This document shows positions 15,204-28,320 of a DNA stretch of 64,000 nt, piece by piece (position 1 is the first letter of the stretch; each line of letters starts with the position of its first letter). Source of the DNA: Eledone cirrhosa (taxonomy: Eukaryota). Position numbers and translations under genes: made by a program. The notes below the pieces were generated by a model, which ran no database searches, was not told the origin of the DNA, and saw only the letters and a program-made list of their open reading frames with translations. The stretch is taken from positions 88,908,001-88,972,000 of the forward strand of contig OZ024741.1 of NCBI GenBank assembly GCA_964016885.1, in the 5' to 3' direction.

Positions 15204-18200
15204 TGTCATCACTATGTTGATATTAATTTTGTCTACAATAAGCTATATTATACTTGTTACTATTTTACATATATTTTACACACAATTTGGAATAAATCAA
15301 TTTGTTGATTCTGATATCATAATCTAACTGGGTGTGGTGACATTTGTGCCAACACAATACTCTGTATTGGAGCTTGTAATTAAAACAACATCTTGTTGTT
15401 GTTGTTGGATGCTTTTCATGTCATCAGGTCTGCACATCCTATATAATAGCATCTTACAGTAGAGTGTTAAGAATTTAGTCTACTTCAATAATAACAGCAA
15501 ATCCCAGAAAGCTGCACCCCAATATCCAAGTACACTCCCTACAAATGCCAAGTGTCACAATCTCTGATAAATCTTTTATGGCAACCCTCAATATATATAA
15601 CATAGCTAAGACAATATCACAAAGGATGGGTTTCCTCTGTAGCACCAGGAAATAGTTCAACCCTGAACTGAGGTGAAAAGTTTTACAAAGCATGAATAAT
15701 AAACACCTCATTTGAATACTCCTCATGAGGCTGAGAAGACACCCACACACACACTCCCTAGATCAAGCCTTCCCAAACTTAAATTGCAACCCACCACCAC
15801 TTTTTTAAAAAGGAATTTGTTATGAAAACCCCCAGCCCATATACCATTTGGTAAAAGATATTTGTTGTGTTATTTTCACCATTAACATCCTGTAATGATT
15901 TAGTAAATATCTAAATGTGGGTTTGTTAATTCAAATATGTGTAGCATCTTTATTAGTGGAGAGATTGTTGTGAACATTTTCAATGTGATATAGTCATAGT
16001 GCTGTTTTGTAATTTCCAAGAATGTGATTTTGATGTGATGTCAGTGTTGTTTTGAACTTTTTAACTATGTTATGCTAATGCAGTTTCATGTGATACAGGA
16101 TGTTATGAATTAATACGAGGCTATTTTGGCACAGTTATTATTAAATATTTAATTTATGGATTTGATTTTTTTTTTTTCAGGAAAAATTGCAAATAGTAAT
16201 CCTAAAGCTAGTATATAAAATAAAAAAATTTCTCAATACATCATTATTTAACATGTCTTCCTACTTGCAAAGGTTGAACAGGCCTTCACAGACTTTGCCA
16301 GTACTCAAACAGACTACTGTCCTCTCAGATGGACCACTACCACACTCTACCAAGTACAGATTATCGTGGAACCAGCACAAGGGTGTCTATGAAATACTCA
16401 GCCAGTTACAAAATTTGACCAATCCAAATAAGACATTCCATTGATTGAACAGCTAGAACACTTATTGTCAAAACTGATAGATTAACTTGTACTCAAGATG
16501 ATAAAAACAAAACAAAAAGAAGTATCCACCTCATAGGCAAGCTTCTATTCACCACTTTTTTCATGCTGGCATGATGTTTTGAGATAATGTCTTACAACCG
16601 GATGCCAACCCTCTTATGACATGGAAGGATTATATACTTTTTGATGAATATACTTTTTTTAAGGCCTATTTAGATAGTATGTGCTCCTATTATAAATTGT
16701 TGACACTATTCTCACCTTCATCTAATTACTTTTGATACACTTTCAATGCATTTCAACATTCTCACCTTATACATCACATCAAACCTGATTTTTCTTACTC
16801 AGAACTGCATTGCTCTACAATTCTCTATTGCTGATATAGAGAACATGTAATGAAGAATGATGATACATATTGAATGTAAATTGTCCAATAGAGATGCTGG
16901 TAGAAAATAGCCATAGTGTATGGGTGAGGGGAGAGTTCTCTATGTCAAATGGTAAAACGTTGGACCTTCAAATGAAATTATACAGAATAAATGACGGAAA
17001 ATATTCTATGAAGCAAACAATCAATCGAAACCAGCATCTACATGGTCAATTTTTGACCTGCTAGGAATAGTAACAAAATCTCCCTCAAATCACACCCTTT
17101 TAAAGGAAAAGATACATTTCCTAGATATATAGTTTTATGTCTGAAAGGCAAAAACATGAAAGATAAGATAACCACAGCTGGAATATCGAAGGCTAACATG
17201 AGCCTAAACAACAACAAACATTTTATGACCATCTTCAAGTTGGGGTTAACCTTGTCGACCCCATTACAAGCTCCACTTTTTCCAAGGCTCATCACGAGAT
17301 CCTTTTTAACAATGCCTTAAAAAGGACATTATGATGAGTCTAAACAACTAGCAAAACCAAATAATAAAATAATGTAGCTTTGCCATCATATCACTCAGTG
17401 ACCTCCATCACACTCATATTCATACACACTCCTTATTCAAGTTCTTGGCCAACACTTCCTTTTTATTCCCACTGCCTTGAAAGGATGAAGACAATATAGG
17501 ATAGAAAGGACTCTTCAGTTTAGCAGGGACACGGTAACTGTAATAAAGTGCAACCAGTACACTCTGTAAAATACAGAGGACTCCTTAATCTTGTTGAAGA
17601 CATGGCAACCTCCCCAGTGCTGGTACCAGAATAAAATGCACCAAGTACACTCTGAAAAGTGATTGGTGTTACAAAACCATGCCCAAATGAAATGTGGTTT
17701 AACATATCTAGAATGGCAGCATTTCTGAATAAAATCTGCTTTAAACTGTTAAGATTTATCCAACCCATTGAAAGCAGATGTAAAATATAATATGATGATG
17801 ATGATGATAGTGACGTGTTGGATTCATAGATAACTAAACTGATACTAAATTCTCTGCGGTCCTCACAAATGGCGCAGTTCAACTAGCTATAAATTAATAT
17901 CATTCGTTGATCCCAGCTACAGCATGATTTTAATACTACTGATTTCTAATTCAGGCACAAAGCCAGAAAATTTAGGGGGAAGGGGAAAGTGGGTTAAATC
18001 AACCATGGTAATTGACTCATACCTTATTTTATCAACCCCAGAATGATGAAAGGCAAAGAGCTGGAACAAATACCACAATGACATTTTATCTGATGGCCTA
18101 TTAATTCTGCCAAATACACCACCAACTCTGCATTATGATAATATTGATTACAAAATCATTATCTTGAAATTCTGTGTTCAATATCTCCTGTGATCCTGGA

Positions 18201-18740
18201 GAAGGTTACAAAGAAACCATTTCAGTGTAATTTTTCTCAGAATTACTACATAAACAGCAGTCCATCAGTCCTTTTATGACAGAATGAATCAGAAATTATA
18301 CCAACACAACATAGATATCTAATTCATTTATAAATATGTAATCTACTGAATAGTGGTCTAACTTGATTAAAATTATTAACCATATATTCATATATATGTG
18401 TGTGTGTGTGTGTGTGAAAAGTTAACGAGTAAAAACAACACGGGAGTACAATACAGTATAATCTTAATATATATTAGTTTAACGCTTGATATAGTAAGAA
18501 AACAATCACATTTCAAACGTCAATCCTTCATCAAAAGATAGGATGAGAGATAGAAAGATAGACAAGAATAAGAAAAGGAAGAAATATATATGTGTGTTTA
18601 TTGATAGATAGATATTCTATTGAACTGTTATGTTACAGGGCATAAACTGACATTTAAACCCCATGGACAGAAACTAGATAAATGAATATTGCATGACTCT
18701 TTATAAAATGCATGAGTTATGGTGTACTGTATATATTATA

Positions 18741-18780
<40 letters not shown>

Positions 18781-18940
18781 CACACACAACTTAAATATAA
18801 AACATTTAAAATGTCACATTGATCTTTTTGGTTGTCTCTAATTAAACCATGGAATTTTCACAAGGTCATCCAGTATTACATAAAACCAAGTAACAATAAT
18901 TATATATATATATATATATATTCATCAACCCAACACTTAC

Positions 18941-19039
18941 CTCTTTGTTAATTAAAAACTTCCAGAGAAGAGATTCAATATAGTAATTTGTTCCACCAAC
19001 AATGATTGGAAGCTTTTGATTGGATAGCAAATTTTCAAT
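18941..19039 (-). CDS. TRIT1: TRIT1 coding exon 3
   Basis: Encodes [33 protein letters not shown] (33 codons; [10 protein letters not shown] motif), with donor GTAAGT at 18940. I found no further exon in 1-18940, so the gene probably continues beyond the window start. Confidence 0.95.
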
Positions 19040-19199
19040 CTGATTGTTCAAGGTCAAGGAACATGCATACATCACTATTATTATTATAATAAAACAATAT
19101 ATTCTGATGAAATTAGTGACATTTGAAATTTGATGGAATGAGGGACCACCATGGATATTCATCACCATCAATATTATGTCCATTTTTTAATGCTGACAT

Positions 19200-19860
19200 G
19201 GGTTGAATGTCGGCATACAGAAGTTCTCATGGACAACCAGTTTTAAATGCCTCTATTATAACCTGGAGAATTATAATAAACATGAGTGAGCCAAGGACTA
19301 ACCCCTGATGAACACTTACCTGCACATTGAACTTCTCATTATACCTATATTACCTACTCTTACTTTACTGATAGCACCTCTGTATATATAACTTGCACTA
19401 CTCCCACAAGCAACACATCTACACACAATTTCCTCAGGGGTCACCAGATGACAGATCCTGGCACTCTGTCAAAGGCCTTCTCCAGAACAACAAAAGCTAG
19501 ATATAGCAGCTTAAACTTAGCTGGGATCTTGTCTTGCAGTTGTCTTACTAAAAAGGCCATCTGTGGTGCTCCTTAGCACAAAACCAAATTGCATCTCATT
19601 TAACCCTTTAGCATTTAAATCGGCCATATCCGGCCAGAATTCTCTCACCTGTAACCAGCCACTCATACTTATGTTAAGGTACTGTTCTCAAAATAAATAA
19701 TATCAAAATCTCATAGATTTGATATATGTGATATGTGAGGTAAAGCCTTTACCGTGAAAATATAATAATAGTATATATAGAGTAATGTAAATGCTTAAGG
19801 GTTAATTTGACACTTTTTCTAATTAGTTGTTCTAAAACTCCTGCGCAGGTCCATAAAAGT
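19200..19860 (-). mobile_element. decayed RTE LINE RT fragment interrupted by a piggyBac-like MITE
   Basis: Remnant RT motifs resembling LEKAFDRVP and HQGxVL. Removing the MITE restores LIRKSVKLNEMQFGFV. Confidence 0.7.
19604..19801. mobile_element. non-autonomous piggyBac-like MITE
   Basis: TTAA|CCCTTTAGCATTTA ... TAAATGCTTAAGGG|TTAA, i.e. 14-bp TIRs with a TTAA TSD. Related internal sequence near 23150-23250 and 26180-26350. Confidence 0.85.
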
Positions 19861-20046
19861 CAAGTAGTAGAGTCAAGCTAACCCATGCTAGCGCGGAAGA
19901 ACGGACATAAAACGGTGATGATGATGATGATGATGATGATGAATCAGCTATAACCATCCCACATTATTATTACTATCAACATCGAAAGGATGAAAGGTAT
20001 AGTTGGCTTTGGTGCTATTTGAAACCAGAGCGCATTATTAATCTAA

Positions 20047-20237
20047 GGGCGGTGAATTGACAGTATCGGTAGAGGGTTGGACGCCATATTTTCTAGCATA
20101 GTTACGTCCCTTTACAGTCTGAGTTCAAATCCCGCCAAGGTTAACTTTGCCTTTCATCCTTACGGGGTCGATAAAATAAAGTACCAGTAATGTACTGGGT
20201 AATTTTGCTGGCCTTGTGCCTAAAGTAGAAACAATTA
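20047..20237 (+). mobile_element. near full-length Meta-like SINE
   Basis: A-box-like TGACAGTATCGG, B box GAGTTCAAATCC, family core and tail. Confidence 0.85.
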
Positions 20238-20241
20238 TTAT

Positions 20242-20745
20242 TACTAGCAGAAAAACCACCCTATGGGCGGTTTTCTGCTAGTATGGTAGTGTGTATATTG
20301 ATATTATACAGAAATATATATGCACGTAGATATGATACATCAAATAAAATCGTAATTGACAATATACACAGAAATTGAACGAAGTCTATGTTACACTGTC
20401 TTCTGTAATCAGTAACGTAATCCATGATACATTTAAAAAAAGACAATATTATACATAAACTGCATTAGGAGAAAATTAGCGACAGAAATATTTGTTATAT
20501 TTTTATAAGTGTTACAATATAATGGCCGCTAACCGGAAGTGGTGACATTTGAAAATTTTAAAGAAGTGAATGTTAAAGGTCTTTAAATAAGCTATAAAAT
20601 ATATTTAATCAACAGCCACGAAATTTAGCACATAAATTATGTAATATTCATTCATTATCTATTCAAAGCAATCCAACTTATTTTACAAACGGGGTAAAAA
20701 AATATATTCTGGACGCAATCCCGCACTCCTTTCTTTATTATAGTT
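20242..20745 (+). mobile_element. possible non-autonomous Helentron/DINE-like element
   Basis: Starts with hairpin TACTAGCAGAAAAACCACCC-TAT-GGGCGGTTTTCTGCTAGTA and ends near CTTTCTTTATTATAG. The 3' boundary is inferred. Confidence 0.45.
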
Positions 20746-23700
20746 AACATTAAGAGCAGTGGCAGTGGTCAGAAGAATTGGTAAAACAGCAAAAAAGAAA
20801 AATCCCCTGTAGTCATTTAGGTACACACCCGAGTTAAAATTATGGCCGGATCAAACCCTTCCTGGATCAATAAACTACTCTTTGGGCACTGACATAATAA
20901 GGGACAAATAGAAGAAATTAAAAGAAAAAAATTATAATTCTTTCTATCACTGGCACAAAACCAGCAATTTAGGGGAAGGGGAAAGTCGGTTATATCAACC
21001 TCAGTACTTAACTGGTAAGTGGCTGAGCCTTCCACAAACATGTACTCCTAATGTAATTGTCAGGGAGATTCAACAGGACACAGTGTGACAAAGCTAGCTG
21101 GTCCTTTGAATTACAAGTACAGTCCATCTGACAGACTTCCAAACAGTTTCCGTCTACCCAATTTCACTTACAACTCATGGGTTAACTCAAGAGTATGGTA
21201 AATGACACTTGCCCCAATAGCCATACAGTGGGATAGAACCCAAGACTTCATGATTGCATAGCAAACTTTTTAACCATTCAAACATCTAACATATTAAATG
21301 AAAAAGAAACAGTTGATCAGGGTTAAAAATAAATGTTCAACTTGAAAAATGAACAAAATCATCTTCATTAAAGCTGCTGCCATCACTTTATATATAACCA
21401 TGATAACCACCACCCAGTTTCAGTGTATGTGTACTGACATGGAAAAGTTATTAAATGAACCTGCAGCAGCAAGAATGACAACAGAGATGATGAAGGGGGA
21501 TGATGACAACACCACTATGTTTAGATTTCTTCAACCTTATCAATATTACAGAATGCACTAACTTGTGTCACTGACTAGAATGAACTTCTATAGTGAGAGA
21601 ATTACATAGACTACTGTTGCTTGTCAACCGGAAGTAAATAAGAGATAAGATGACCTCATTAGTATGGAGGGTAAGAGATCAGTAGAGCATAGTGTTTAGA
21701 GTTCAAAATAGCTGGTAGATGCTTTAGGAAGCAATTACTTTTGAAGATGAGGAACTGCCTCCTCCCTGCCTTTTTCTCTTGACTTTATTCCTTAGACTAA
21801 TAATAAAATAACTCTATAATCTTATTAAGGTTTGAGTGGATGGTAAGAATAACAGTCAGAAACTTGTGTGGTTGATGCTCAATTGAAATTGTAGTAAGTT
21901 TGTGGTCATAGATAAAATGACTTGTAAAGTCTTCTTGGAAGATCAAGGGACTTGGCTCCAGTTTTATGGTATAAAGTAAATAAGTAAAATCCCCTGTTCA
22001 ACAGCAGGTTAACACAATGTGTGACATAGTTGGCTCTTTGAATTACAGGTATTGTCCATCCAATGGGTTTCCAAAGTTTCCGTTTACCCAATTTCATTCA
22101 TAAGGCTAGGGCAACTCAAGGCTATGATAAGTGATACTTGCCCAAGATGACATGTAGTGGGATTGAACCAGGAACTCAATGATTGTGAAGTGAACTCTTT
22201 AACTATTCAGCGATGCTGTATTAAGAAGTGTGCTAGCAGCCGAAGTGTACAATAAAGTTATATCTGCATAGATACAAAGTGGGTCACTGAGATTGCACCA
22301 TCTGTATATAAAAATACAAATTTTTAATATGTAGGCATGCAAACATTTCAGAAAATATAAATTTCCCTGAGAATTAACAAAGAAATTCGTATTTTCTGAC
22401 ATGTTTACATGCCTACATATTAAAAATGTATATATATATATACACATTGGTGCAGTCTCGATTACCTACTCTGTATATACAAATATATATTCATTTATAT
22501 TAAGACTAAAAAGTGAGTCTTGTTATTCCAGAGTATGAATATTAAAACTTTACTTCAGTATTGAGTAGTCCTTTTTCTCAGCCATCAGCCACATACAGAT
22601 ATATATATATAAACATGTATATGTTGGTGGTTATATGCATGCACACACTCACATATAAATGTCAATGGGCGTTATTGATGAAAAGCTTGCTGCATCATGA
22701 TATCTTATTAAGTTTGATGCTGTTAACAACAAGGGTAAAATGGCAGAAAGTCTGTAGGGAAATATTGCAAGAGTTTCAATAGAACATGTTGATGTATACA
22801 GTTTCTCTAAGTTGTGATATATTTCTAAATATAGAGGTCAGGTTATTTTTCATCTGCACTATATTTCCTACAGACTTGTTCAATTTGTACAATTCCATTT
22901 TGTGACACAGAGCTTGTTTACAGATCTTAAATCCCGATAGAATTAATCAAATAAGTGCTCTTATAAAGTCTGTAAAATACGATGTTTCCAAAAGCCACAA
23001 TGACTCAGGAAATCAGCACATTGCCCTAACCCCTTCACTACCATATTTTTAATAAAATACACATTTTCAAATAATTTTGAACTAATCAATTTGAATATAT
23101 AACTAACTTTCTCATTGAAAAATAACAAAGGTTCTTACACAAAATTACGGCTGTGTCCGACCAGAATTCTCTCACCGCTGTCTGTTCAAACCATCTATAA
23201 CTGGCTACTCATACTGATGTTAAGGTATTGTTCTCAAAATAAATATCACAATCTAATACTACTACTATTACTAAGAGCAACAATCAGAAACTTTCTCTTG
23301 ATAGGATCCTATCACACCATTCTATTACATGTAATATCACCAAATTATTAGTTACCTACTGCTAATGGCTAGATGAACTGTGGCACAGGGCTAAATGTGA
23401 CTGGCCTGGAAACACGAGAAGGTATTCGATGAAGATTTTTGAATTTCTGACAAATGAGAGAAAGAGAGAAACAAGTGAAAGGAGAAAAAGCTTTTAGCTT
23501 CAGATAAGAATTTTGCCAAAATGTGCTAAGAATTACAGAAATCCCATGACTTTCTTATAGCAATTGAACAAACAGCTTCCAACTAAGTAAGCAAACATCA
23601 TCAAAATCTGCCAGGCATTTCAAGTGGCTACAGCTTGCATGTGAAGGATGGCTAAATTAAAAACTTCTCTCTCCAAAATAAAAAAAAAGGAGGAAAGCAA

Positions 23701-24871
23701 ATGAAATCGCTTGCAAAAAAAAAATATTGTATATCTCTGAAAGAATGGGATTGTCTATCTGGGAAGAAATGCCTCTTCCCACCTCTGCTGATTTTAAGCC
23801 TATATAACCCTATCTAATCTCTCTTTCTCTCTCTCTCAAAATTAAGTAGAAATTAAATATTGATATGATTAATAAAGAAGTGTTTGGAGTAAGGAATATA
23901 AGAGGCAACAAAAGTTCAAGGATGTGGAGATAAAAAACAAATAAAACAAATGTAAATAGCTGGATGCCCCACCTCCTCAGAAGTCAACAGGGGCACTCCA
24001 AGACATGGCCTAATGTATCAACTGAAATGATTAGGAGTGGCATCCATCCTAGTATGACTGTAACAGTTTGATGAAGGAATGCAGTATATAAAAACATGTA
24101 GAGGGAATAGGTGAGTGCATCTGTTTAAAAATAAAGAACTACCGTATGTACCCAGAAATCAGCGGGAAATATGTGACAAAAAAGGTGACGGTAAAGTGTG
24201 TGTATGGAGGGGGGGGGGGTAAAGTGTGTGTATGTTTTGAAAGAATATGGCCTTCAAAATGGTCAGAGATTGTTAAAAAAATCATTATGTAATGAAATTG
24301 TGCCACAAAAACTATACGCTAAATGGCACTTAAAATATTTTAAACATCAAAATATTAAAACTTGATAAATATATTCTCCTCCCATGCTATTTTCAAAAAC
24401 ATTCCATCTAAGCATAATGTATTGATTAGCTGCCTGAACTTATAAGGGTTTATATTTTTGTCCATTTCTCAGACCAAAAAAGGGGTATATACGACAATTG
24501 GTGGAGAAACATACTTTTTTAATATATATATCCTTACTTTCTGGGCATTTGGTGACAGAAAAAAATAAGATAACACTAATACAAAATTGATAACACACAC
24601 AATTACTGGTGAAAATTTGTACATAATTTTTCATTTTCTGCTAATGCTTATTAATATGTCAATTGTAAGGACAGTTAAGGGTTGTGGCCACTATTTGAAA
24701 TCATCGCCTACCTAACCTAAAAATTAATAAATAGATAAAACTTTTGTATTTGACCCTTTGAAACAAACATTTTCTGTGTCATTAAATCAATGTCCTATTT
24801 TCAATAAAGAGACAGAATAGATGTGAATGATGGTATTGGACTAAAGATATCAAGGGCAAAGTTCAAATACT

Positions 24872-25398
24872 GGTACAGTCAGTCTACTGTACCCCAAGAT
24901 AAGGACAAGAGTGGGAAATTTTAGTACATTTGCTGAAATATAGCTCTAGATAGGACAAATGGGGAGACATTTAGGCACAGTTGCTTTACTATAGCCCTAA
25001 ATATGACAAGAGTGGAACATTTTAGTACAGCTGCTGAAATATAGCTCTAGATAGGACAATAGGGGAACATTTCAGTTGCTGAAATATAGTTCAAGAAAAG
25101 GACAAGAATGGGAGATTTTGGTACAGTTGCTGAAATATAGCCCTAGATAGGACAAGGGTGGGGAAATTTGGTACAGTTGCTAAAATACTTCCTTATACTA
25201 GGACAAGAGATGAAAGTTTTGGACAGTTGCTTTAACTGTACTCCTAGATAAGGACAAGAGTGGGAAATGTGCTAGAGTTGCTGAAATATTTCCCTAGATA
25301 GGATAAGAGGGGAAAATTTAGTACAGTTGCTGTACTGTACTCTTAGATAGGACAGGAAAGGGAAATTTCAGGTAGTTGCTTTACTATACTCCAAGATT
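24872..25398 (+). repeat. degenerate minisatellite, ~50-bp unit, ~11 copies
   Basis: Unit approximately GTACAGTTGCTGAAATATAGCCCTAGATAGGACAAGAGTGGGAAATTTT. Confidence 0.9.
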
Positions 25399-27404
25399 AA
25401 ACAGTTTACCTAAATATGCCTGGCTGACAAGTTCTCATTTCTATTTGCCTTCTTTTTCAGATTAACTCCTAACAGTGTGACGATTTAGCAGAAAATATAT
25501 AAAAACAGTTGTTTTGTTAATTCAAAATTAATTTGCTAATTCTAAAACGGTTTTGTTAACACTTTATATGTAGTCATAATGTTGTTTTGTACTTTCCAAG
25601 AATGTCTTGCTTAATGTGGGTTCATGTTGTACAGGATTTTAAGAATTATTCAAAAGGAGCAATATTATCATTTAATGCCCATTTTCTCTGCTAGCAAAGG
25701 TTGAATAGGTAATCACAGACCAAGTGACAACTTAATCAGAGCTACTGACTTCTTAGACTGGAAGTCACATCTCACATGTTGCAAAACTCTACAAAGTGCA
25801 CCAGGTGCATTTTATCATGGCACCAACACTAAGGAGATTTTCAGGTCTTTGACACAACTGAAGAGACCTTTCAACCCATTTGGGGGCAAGTTTTATATGG
25901 TTGGATGCTCTTCCTATCACTAACTACTTTACAGAAATGCAAAATTAAAAGTTGGCAAATGTTACACAATCTAATGTGCCAGAACAATTGCTGTAAGGCA
26001 TTTAGGCTGTTACTATAATCCTTCTACCAATCCACACACACACACACACACATTTTATATATGTGTGTGTGTATAATACACATGTGTCCAATCCTACAGT
26101 CCTTTAAGAAATTTTTTTTTACTTTTTTTATGCCACAATACAAAATACCTGACCAGCAGTACAAGCACCACAACATTAAGCATTTACATTACTCTATATA
26201 TACTAATATATTTTCACGGTAAAGGCTAATTATCTCGCATAATAGCGAATCTAATAGATTTTGATATTATTTATTTTGAGAACAATACCTTAACATCAGT
26301 ATGAGTGGCCAGTCACAGCCAAGTTTGAACAGAAAGAGGTGATAGAATTGCCATCACTGTCTCTCTTCCAGTACTCCCTCCACTATTGTATTTCTTCCAT
26401 TATTACCCCCAGTCACTCGTTTCTGTTATCATACTCTTGCTACCTTCACCAATTCACCCTGGTATTACTTTAGTCACTCTTGTATTCACCATCTTGGTCA
26501 CATTACCTTGAATAAATATAGACAACAGAGTAGTGAATACTCTTTAGTATTACGAGATACAAGGCAACACCACTAGTGTGAGTGTCAAGATAAAATATAT
26601 TTGTTTGTGTTAGGAAGAGCATCCAAGTATAGAAACCATATCAAAAATGGAACATACAAGCAAAGAGTGGTCTTCCAACTTGTCTAGAAGGCCAACAACT
26701 CAAAATATAAACTAACCATAACAACCCATCTAAACCATGTCAGAATGGAAAGCGAGCATAAAATAATGATGAGAACAAGTAACATCATGTACCACATGAA
26801 ACTACATTAACAGGACATTCTTAGAAATACAAATTAACACTGATTGCATCACATTCAAATTTAGTCTTTACTGCAAATTTTCAATCATAAGGTACAGTAA
26901 AGATTGGCATTAACAAACCTGTTTAGATATTTTCTGCTGAATCATTACAGGATATTAAGAGTTAAATAAATAGGTACCCTGAATGAAGAAAGGTTAATTG
27001 ATGTGTTGTTGCAAGACAATGGAAGTAGATAGTACTTCAATCAACCAATAGGTGTTCAAACCAATTAAATTAGGACTACACCTTTTCCTACATCTGCAGT
27101 TTTGCTACAATCAACATATTTACTATAGTGCTGCCTTATTGATGCCAAGTTGTATTAGCCATTGTCTTTCTCTTGGATAACATCAGTGGCATGGAGAGGG
27201 GAGACTGGCACTCATGAATGACTGCTGATCTTTCACAAAAACATCTTGACTGAGCTTGTGTCTCAGAGAGGAACTTTCTAGGAGCAAACCCATGGTCAAT
27301 AATGCCCAGATGTCTCTGCTAAGGGATTAGTGGAAAATTTAACAAAATTTTAATACAAATTTGTCAAGAGTGGCAGAATTGCTTTGCAATATTTAGTTAT
27401 GTCA

Positions 27405-27581
27405 GGAGCGGTGGATTGGCAGTATCGGTAGAGGGTCGGACACCATGCTTTGACGCATAGAACTACGGCCCTTGCCATTCTGAGTTCAAATCCTGCCGAA
27501 GTTAACTTTGCCTTTCATCCGTACAGGGTCAATAAAATAATGTACCAGTAATGCACTGGGTAATTGTGCCAAAAGTAGAAA
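27405..27581 (+). mobile_element. young Meta-like SINE with 18-bp TSD
   Basis: TSD CAATATTTAGTTATGTCA at 27387-27404 and 27582-27599. A box TGGCAGTATCGG and B box GAGTTCAAATCC. Confidence 0.9.
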
Positions 27582-28141
27582 CAATATTTAGTTATGTCAT
27601 ATTATGTTCTTCATTCAAATCCTTTCAAGATTAAGTTCGTCTTTCAGCCTTTGGGTTCAATAAAATACATTTTCTTCTTTATTCACGAGAATTTCATGGA
27701 ACTCACATACTAACTATATCCTACTTTTCTACCCATTTATTCCTGAGAGGGCCATATGGGCAGAGTCCCTAGATATACTTCCCAGAGGGTCCTTTGGAGA
27801 CAACCATCTCCAAATAATCTGGCTGGATCTCCAAGTGAAATCAACCAAATTTATGGATGTTATCCAACCATTTAACTTGTGGTCTACCTCTGGGTTTCCT
27901 GCCCATAAAATCTGACATGTGATTCTTTCCTTAAACATTCTAACTACATGTCCATGGTATCATAGCTGTGATCTCATGAAAAATATATTGTAACCTTAAC
28001 AATTGGTAACTGGAGATTATATTTCAAACACTAATTCTGATAACAATATTCATTCAGCTAATAGTGAGATAAAAGAGAATTGCTACATTTTCCCACCCAA
28101 ACATTCCTCCTTAATTTCACTTCAAATTATAATATAGCAAT

Positions 28142-28320
28142 AATTGTTTCTACTTTAGGCACAAGGCCAGTAATTACCCAGTGCATTACTGGTACTTTTA
28201 TTTTATCGACCCCGTAAGGATGAAAGGCAAAGTCAACCTCGGCGGGATTTGAACTCAGATCGTAAAGGGACGTAACTATGCTGGAAAGCATGGCGTCCGA
28301 CCCTCTACCGATACTGCCAA
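28142..28320 (-). mobile_element. Meta-like SINE copy
   Basis: Matches the family consensus and is flanked by ATAGCAATAAT repeats. Confidence 0.85.

Noticed and set aside
18500-18545. Minus-strand TTGATGAAGG...GAAATGT hammerhead-like remnant
   Set aside because: The core is mutated and the stems do not pair, so it is too degenerate to call.
1-18940. TRIT1 exon 4 (expected DP..A..LHP.D.RK motif)
   Set aside because: Not found by eye. It probably lies outside the window, although a short divergent exon could have been missed.
24872-25398. CRISPR-like appearance of the regular repeats (also 35683-35985)
   Set aside because: Contiguous degenerate tandem units without unique spacers, in a eukaryotic intron with no cas genes.
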